From positions 1,054,001 through 1,118,000 of the forward strand of contig JABVCE010000004.1 of NCBI GenBank assembly GCA_014905635.1: a stretch of 64,000 bases of DNA. The letters run 5' to 3'. The translations under genes and the position numbers were made by a program. Below are positions 61,713 through 64,000 of the stretch, piece after piece (within the stretch, counting starts at the first letter, position 1; the number at the start of each line of letters is the position of its first letter). Source of the stretch: Scenedesmus sp. PABB004. Taxonomy: Eukaryota. The notes under the pieces were generated by a model. It searched no databases. It was not told the origin of the DNA and saw only the letters and a program-made list of their open reading frames with translations.

Positions 61713-64000
61713 GCCGGCGGCGCCGGCGCAGCGCGACCCTGCGCGGCCGCTGCGGCGGCCAGGTGGCCGCGCGCGGCCGCCAGGTGGCCGCGCGCGGCCG
61801 CCAGTCGGGCGCCGCAGTCGCCCAGCAGCCGCGCGCCCTGGTCGCGCGCGGCGCGCGCGGCGTCCGCCGCGCGGCGGGCCGCGTCCGCGTCGGGCGCCAC
61901 CGCCGCGCCGTGCGGTCGCGCGAGGGCCCGCTGGTGCTGCACGAGCGCCGCGTCGCGCTCGTGGTGCTGCGCCATGGCAGCCTGCCACTCCGCCTCCACG
62001 GCTGCGAGGTCGGCCCCCACCGTCGCGTCGCCGGCGGCGGTCAGCGCGGCCAGCGCCAGCCGCAGCCGCTCCGCGGCCGCGGCCGGCAGCGCCGCGCCCG
62101 GCCCCTGGCCCGGCGCCGCGCCCGGCGCGGCGCCTTGCCCCCGGGCGCGGAGCAGCCGCGCCTCCTCTACGGCCAGCCGGCGCCGGAGCGCCGCCGCGTG
62201 CGCGTCCTTGCGCTGCAGGCGGCGCAGCCGGTTGCGGGCGTGGCGATCAGGGACCGTAGCGCCGGCGACCTCCCGCTGCAGGCCCTTGAGGGGTTCCTTG
62301 CGCAGACGCACGGCCGCCTCGCTGGCATCCACGGCGGCGCGCAGGCGCTGCACCGCCGCCTCGAGCTTGCCCAGCTCGCGCGCCCGCTGCAGCTCGCGCA
62401 GGCGCGGCTCCTGGGCGCTGGCGTCCAGCAGCTTGGGGGGCGCCGGCGGACGCTGGCCGCGGCTGCGGCTGCTGCTGCTGCTGCCGCTGCCGCTGCCCCC
62501 GCTGCTGCCGTCCAGCGCCTCTGCCAGCGACTCGACGGCCGCCGCGAGCGCGCCGGCCGACGCCGGCTCCGGGGCCGCCCCGAGCGACGCGGCGCGGCGC
62601 AGCATCGCCTCCAGCGCCGGCCGCGCCGCCGCGCCCTGCTGGGCTGCCAGCGAGTCCGCGAGCCGCGGCGCGCAGGCAGCAAACATGTGCTGTTGGCCGA
62701 GCATGACGACAAAGTCGCGCGCGACGCGGCGCGCCATGGCGTCGGCGTCGCCCTCCCGGTACGCCAGGCCCTCGAGCTGCCGGGCCAGCGCCGCGCGCCA
62801 GGCGTCGTAGGCCGCGTCGTGCTGCTGCCGCGCCGCCGCGCCCGCGCCGTGCGCCAGCGGCTCCGACGGCTGCGGCACGAGCGGCGCGCCCCCTGCCTGC
62901 GCGCCCGCGTCCGGCGCGCGCGGCATGCCGCTCCGCGCCCAGTCGAGCACGCGGCCGTGCTTGCCGGCCGCCTCGTCCGACTCCCAGCGCTGCAGGCCGG
63001 GCGTCGCCTGCGCCCCTGCCGCCTGGCGCGTGCGCGCCGCGCCGGCCGCGGGCGCGCGCGCCTCGCCGTCCGCCGCCGCCGGGAAGGGCTGCTCCAGGTG
63101 CAGGCGCATCCGCGCGAGCATGTCGCGCATCATCGCCATGGCCAGCCGCAGCCGGCCGGCGTCCTGGCCGTCGCCCGCCGCTGCGGGCACCACGCCCTCG
63201 CCCGGCTGCAGCACGCCCTGGCGCTCCCAGAGCAGCGGCGACGCGCTGTACAGCAGCGCCGCGCCGCCGGCGATGAGGCAGTCGCGCGCGGCGCGGCTGG
63301 GCGTGCCGGCGCAGCCCGCGGCAAACCACGCCTGCAGGGCGGCGGCGTCGAGCGCCTTCTCCAGGCGCTGGCCGTCAGCGAGGTGGAGCTGCATGTTGGT
63401 GTTGTACAGCTCCGCGAGAGGGTTGAGCAGGTGGTGGTGCAGGGTTCCGGTCACCCAGGCCGGCAGGGGCACGCGCTGCAGCTCGTTGACGCCGCAGGCC
63501 TGCTCCAGCGCGTGGCGCAGGTCGCTGGACAGGCCGCCGCCAACGCGCCGCCAGTTGCCCTGGCTAAAGAAGTTCATCAGGTCGTACACGAGCGGCGCGC
63601 CGCCGCACGCGGCCTGCAGGTAGCAGGCGCACGCGGGCGGCGGCGGCGCCGGCTGCTGGGCTGGCGGCGCTGCGGGCGGGGGCTGCTGCTGCTGCGGGCC
63701 CTGCTCCTGCGCCGCCGGCTGCGGCGGCGGCTGGCGCGTGTCCAGCCCGTACAGCCGGCTGCGCAGCGGGCGGGCGGGCGGGCGGGCGGCGCGACTCGGC
63801 GGGCGGCGCGGAGGAGGGGGCGCAAAGCGCGCGGGCGCGCCCCACCCGCGCGCGCGCGCACCTCGCCCCATACACGAGCGCCACGTGGTGCGCGTCGCGG
63901 CCGAGGATGCCCAGCCGGCTGTAGGCGCACACGAGCGCCTCGAGGTAGGGGACCACCTCTGGCTTGCGCACGGCGCCGCGCAGCGCGCAGACGCGCACGC
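59844..64000 (-). CDS. Fanzor1 (TnpB-derived RNA-guided endonuclease), intron-containing, start outside the window
   Basis: RuvC-I RIVGIDPG (D codon 60768-60770), VVLGIGDA, rearranged RuvC-II LMDEHRTS (E codon 60087-60089), zinc finger CSVC...CPGC, RuvC-III PRDDNAARNI (D codon 59979-59981). WED-like FTLAPVP...HLHLST and FAGSVTFD upstream. Intron 63759-63861. Confidence 0.93.
61658..61711. repeat. Perfect (CTG/CAG)18 microsatellite inside the Fanzor gene
   Basis: 18 uninterrupted ctg units. Confidence 0.95.

Larger units (their letters stand above)
59430..64000 (-). mobile_element. Putative Fanzor-carrying transposable element (3' part only)
   Basis: Fanzor gene, terminal palindrome and locally AT-richer codons. 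No transposase or 5' end in the window. Confidence 0.55.

Noticed and set aside
59844..64000. Bacterial TnpB/Cas12 contamination
   Set aside because: Has a spliceosomal intron, the Fanzor1-type RuvC arrangement and host-like repeats, and no CRISPR array.

Overview
Very GC-rich, gene-dense, intron-rich eukaryotic nuclear DNA. TGTAA poly(A) signals, short GC-rich GT/GC-AG introns and the gene content point to a chlorophyte green alga, probably Sphaeropleales (inference). Most supplied six-frame ORFs are GC-driven shadows, so real genes were rebuilt by eye across introns and internal exon boundaries are approximate. About 21 protein-coding genes are visible: a partial coiled-coil protein, FAD monooxygenase, LSD1-type zinc finger, CAS, an unknown protein, plastid small HSP with a perfect heat-shock element, mid-SUN protein, Aven/RIPR-like protein, TIM10, panB, TPR protein, VTC1, CCA1/LHY-like MYB, receiver-guanylate cyclase, EamA transporter, CCDC174-like, MPP-beta, a secreted GPI-like protein, CFAP54, a second unknown protein and a Fanzor1. 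The standout is at the right end: an unusually large (>1300 aa, start outside the window), intron-containing Fanzor1 (TnpB-derived RNA-guided nuclease) with an intact RuvC D/E/D triad and zinc finger. It is followed by about 400 nt of hairpin-dense sequence (candidate omega-RNA) that includes a perfect 13-bp palindrome resembling a transposon end. Two genes (HSP20, MYB) also have truncated copies of their own 5' ends just downstream.
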